Shown one piece after another: positions 61,148 through 64,000 of a stretch of DNA of 64,000 nucleotides. The DNA comes from Heptranchias perlo. Its lineage: Eukaryota. The position numbers were made by a program, and so were the translations under genes. The first letter of the stretch is position 1, and every line of letters begins with the position of its first letter. Location of the stretch: NCBI RefSeq assembly GCF_035084215.1, contig NC_090361.1, positions 9,300,001-9,364,000 of the forward strand, in the 5' to 3' direction. The notes below the pieces were generated by a model. The model worked only from the letters and a program-made list of their open reading frames with translations, did no database searches and was not told where the DNA came from.

Positions 61148-61624
61148 GCCCGAGCTGTGCCATGCTTTACCTCGCTTGTTGCTTTGCTTGTGAAAGGGAT
61201 ACTGTTGGTTCGTCCTTTGTTTGAGATAGACATTCTTTTCTCTGTGCCTCTGTCAGGGGCCAGACTCAATCTCCTTCTGTCCATGTTGGGATGCTTTGAA
61301 GCTCAGTGAAACACTTGGACCTCCTACTGATCGAATAGTCCCTCGTTGCTTGTTACTGCGACATAGAAAACAGTGGATTCAGTACCTCCGTCACACCTAC
61401 CCACTTGTCCCTGTCTGTTGGTTGACACATTGCCTGTGTTGATCTGCAGGAGATGTTCAAGTCATAGCTTAAATGAGAGGGTTCATTGTTTCAAATTCCT
61501 TCCATATAATGATAAGATAGCGCAGACAATACTGAAATTGTACTACGGAGGGAGCAGCATGCCTGAAACAAAAGAGCTTTGTTTTTTGTAGTCTTCTTGA
61601 TAACCTTATTTTTCAATATATTTG

Positions 61625-61985
61625 TTTCTGGAATGTGGGCAGTGGTTGCAAATGCTGCATTTTGACTGCCCTTTCCCGAGTTGCCCTGTGAAGGTGGTGG
61701 TGAGCCGCCTTCTCGAACTGCTGCAGTCCGTGTGGCGATGATGCTCCCACCGGTAGTGTTAGGAAGGGAGTTCCAGCATTTGGACCCAGTGACGATGAAG
61801 AAACGGCGATGTACGCCCAAGTCAGGGTGTTGTGTGACTGGAGTTGATGGTTTTCCCGTGATTTTGCTGCTCTTGTCCAGAGGCTGTGGGACTGGGAGGT
61901 GTTGTGAGAGTAACCTTGGTGAGTTGCTGCAGTACATCTTATAGATGGTACATTCGGCAGCCTCACTGCAGAGGGTGGTAGCGGG
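61625..61985 (-). mobile_element. Decayed 3' fragment of the 15587-17130 LINE family
   Basis: ORF 61491-61937 (MYCSNSPRLL.QHLP...WNSLPNT). Confidence 0.7.
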
Positions 61986-62099
61986 GGGAGGGGTGTCTGT
62001 ACGGATGGAACGTTTATGCAGATAAAATGAGCAGAATGAAAATGATTTCTAGGTTGTGTCTGTCTAGCTCAATAAAAGATAAAAGGGATTTATTCTTTG

Positions 62100-62280
62100 T
62101 ACAACCAACATCACGAAAACAGATTATCTGGTCATTATCACATTGCTGTTTGTGGGACCTTGCTGCACCCAACTTGGCTGCTGCGTTTCCTACATCGCAA
62201 CAGTGACTACACTGTAAAGCGCTTTGGGATGTCCTGAGGTCGTGAAAGGCGCTATATAAATGCAAGTCTTTCTTTATTTC
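62100..62280 (+). mobile_element. Deu-domain SINE 3' fragment
   Basis: SINE tail 'ggcgctatataaatgcaagtctttcttt'. Confidence 0.75.
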
Positions 62281-63042
62281 TTTCATTGACTCGACAGTTG
62301 ATAATATATTGTAGTAAAATCCTTTAATGAAAATAATCAGTAAAATCATGCCATTCCACTCATATTTTCATGAAAATTAAAAATTGATATAGGTAAATCA
62401 GGGCAGGTGTGAAGAAGCCCTTGGGCTGATCGAGTTCGTTATTACCCACAGCAACGAGCTGCTGCACTAATTCCGTTTTGCAGTGCTATCCCCCCAGTTT
62501 TTGCCCCTCCTTTGCTGAAGGCACTAACTCTCGTCGGGCTACATTTCAGTCGCCTCACGACCAAAGTGGCCATTCCTCATGTGTGAACCTTCATAGTGAG
62601 TGTTGGCAGGCTATTCCACTGTAGGGGCATCACAGCCGAGCCCAATCCTGTCCTCACCCGACATACGCGGGCACTGGACAGCAGTCAGGAGTGGGTAACC
62701 TTTGTGATTCCTCGCTCCAACACAGTGGACCTGTGACCAAATATAGCGCTGAGGTCAAGTAGCTCAGGTACTGAACTTTAACTATTGGGATGCTGTTAGT
62801 TATGTCTCTATCAGGACTGAGCCCTCACACCTGTGCTGCCATGCAGTGCTTGTAAACGCACCACTCCTTCATCGTCGCTGGGTCAAAAGCCTGGAGCTCT
62901 TTCACCACACGGACGGCAGCAGTTTAAGAAGGCGGTTTACCAACCACCTTCTCAAGGGCGATTGGGGATGGGCAATAAATGCCGGCCTTGCCAGCGACGC
63001 CCATATTCCAAGAATGAATTTAATAGAGGTCAGAGTTCTTAC

Positions 63043-63075
63043 CTTATGCTCCAGTGCAAAATGGTTATCAGCCAT
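63043..63075 (-). CDS. Tctex-1 domain gene, putative first coding exon (MADNHFALEHK)
   Basis: cagATGG start with an upstream in-frame stop, strong donor AAG|GTAAGA, phase 0 compatible with the 59882 acceptor. Confidence 0.55.
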
Positions 63076-64000
63076 CTGCGCTTGTACTGATTCCAGGAGT
63101 CTTTGCTGTGTCAACACAGTTCGAGGCTTCAGAGAGTGAGAGGCAGAGCAGGAAATTATCTGCCCTTTTAAGATTTATTCACTGCACTCAGGACCAGCAT
63201 CAAAATGCACTAATCGGGAACATGAAGTCTTTAGATAAGATCCCAGAGTAGAATGGTGTGTGGGATACCAGTTCCAATCAGTGCTAGGCTGGGAAGGGGT
63301 GGAGAAGGAGGGGTGCTGAGCTACACATAGATCCACGAACAAGATCTTAAAGTAAATATTTACTCCCAGTGTTGTTAACAACTTTATTACTTGGAAAGCA
63401 ATCGATCAGCGGCTGAACAGGACGAGAGAGAAGCCTCCTTGGCATCTGTCAAACATTCAGACTCCTGTTAAAAGTAAATATTTGCACTTTTTGAAAGTAA
63501 AAACTTTGAGTTATGGAGGTGACAGAGCTGAACAATCCAAAATTTACAACAGCCATCTCATTATTCAGCTGAATTGTGATTACAGCTCTCGATGAAAGAC
63601 AAAGACAACAATAAGGGACTGGACCTTAGGGTCAGGCACTGCTCAGAAACTAAATACTGGAACCAAGATTTATTTCAATGGAACTTATGCTCCTCTGAGT
63701 CATCACATCATTGTAACTAACACATACATTCAGCCCTCACCTCCAACAACAAGTGCGAGGAGCTCATGGACTCCTTTGTCACAAAGATTGAGAACATTCA
63801 CTCAGCTGCCTCTGCTACTCCACCCCTCCCCCCAGTCACCCAGCCAAACCTCCCCGCAGGCTCCCCCCTGCCCTAACTCTGAACCTGTGTGTCTCTCTCT
63901 CATCTCCCCTCGTGCCCATCCTGATCTTATCTTGTCCACGCCACCCGCCTCTTGATCCCACGTCCCCAGTCCCACTAAAATGATGACCACTGAACTTCCA

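Noticed and set aside
60390-61193. 267-aa ORF
   Set aside because: Read-through of a 34-bp minisatellite, with no ATG start.

Overview
Repeat-rich vertebrate genomic DNA. The repeat complement (CR1 and L2 LINEs, Deu-domain tRNA-SINEs of the SacSINE1 type, Penelope-type remnants) points to a cartilaginous fish (shark). Three protein-coding genes can be reconstructed by hand. (1) On the minus strand, the first coding exon of a CAMSAP gene, most like CAMSAP3 (23428-23299), with positions 1-23298 apparently its first intron. (2) On the plus strand, a complete 8-exon, 421-aa Ig-superfamily type I receptor (37636-50852). It has a leader, an atypical V-set domain, a C1-set domain, a C2/I-set domain, an uncharged TM segment and a tail with three tyrosines ending in an ITIM-type motif (SIYANI). 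It does not match a named gene I recognise. (3) On the minus strand, a convergent 4-exon Tctex-1-domain dynein light chain gene of about 185 aa (63075-58132). Six short Penelope-like insertions have clear 11-13 bp target-site duplications, and five of them retain a minimal hammerhead ribozyme motif (intact or damaged). Several are hairpins, including a 182-bp near-perfect palindrome just upstream of the CAMSAP start. Most other ORFs in the track are LINE/SINE or minisatellite artefacts. Repeat boundaries are read by eye and are approximate.
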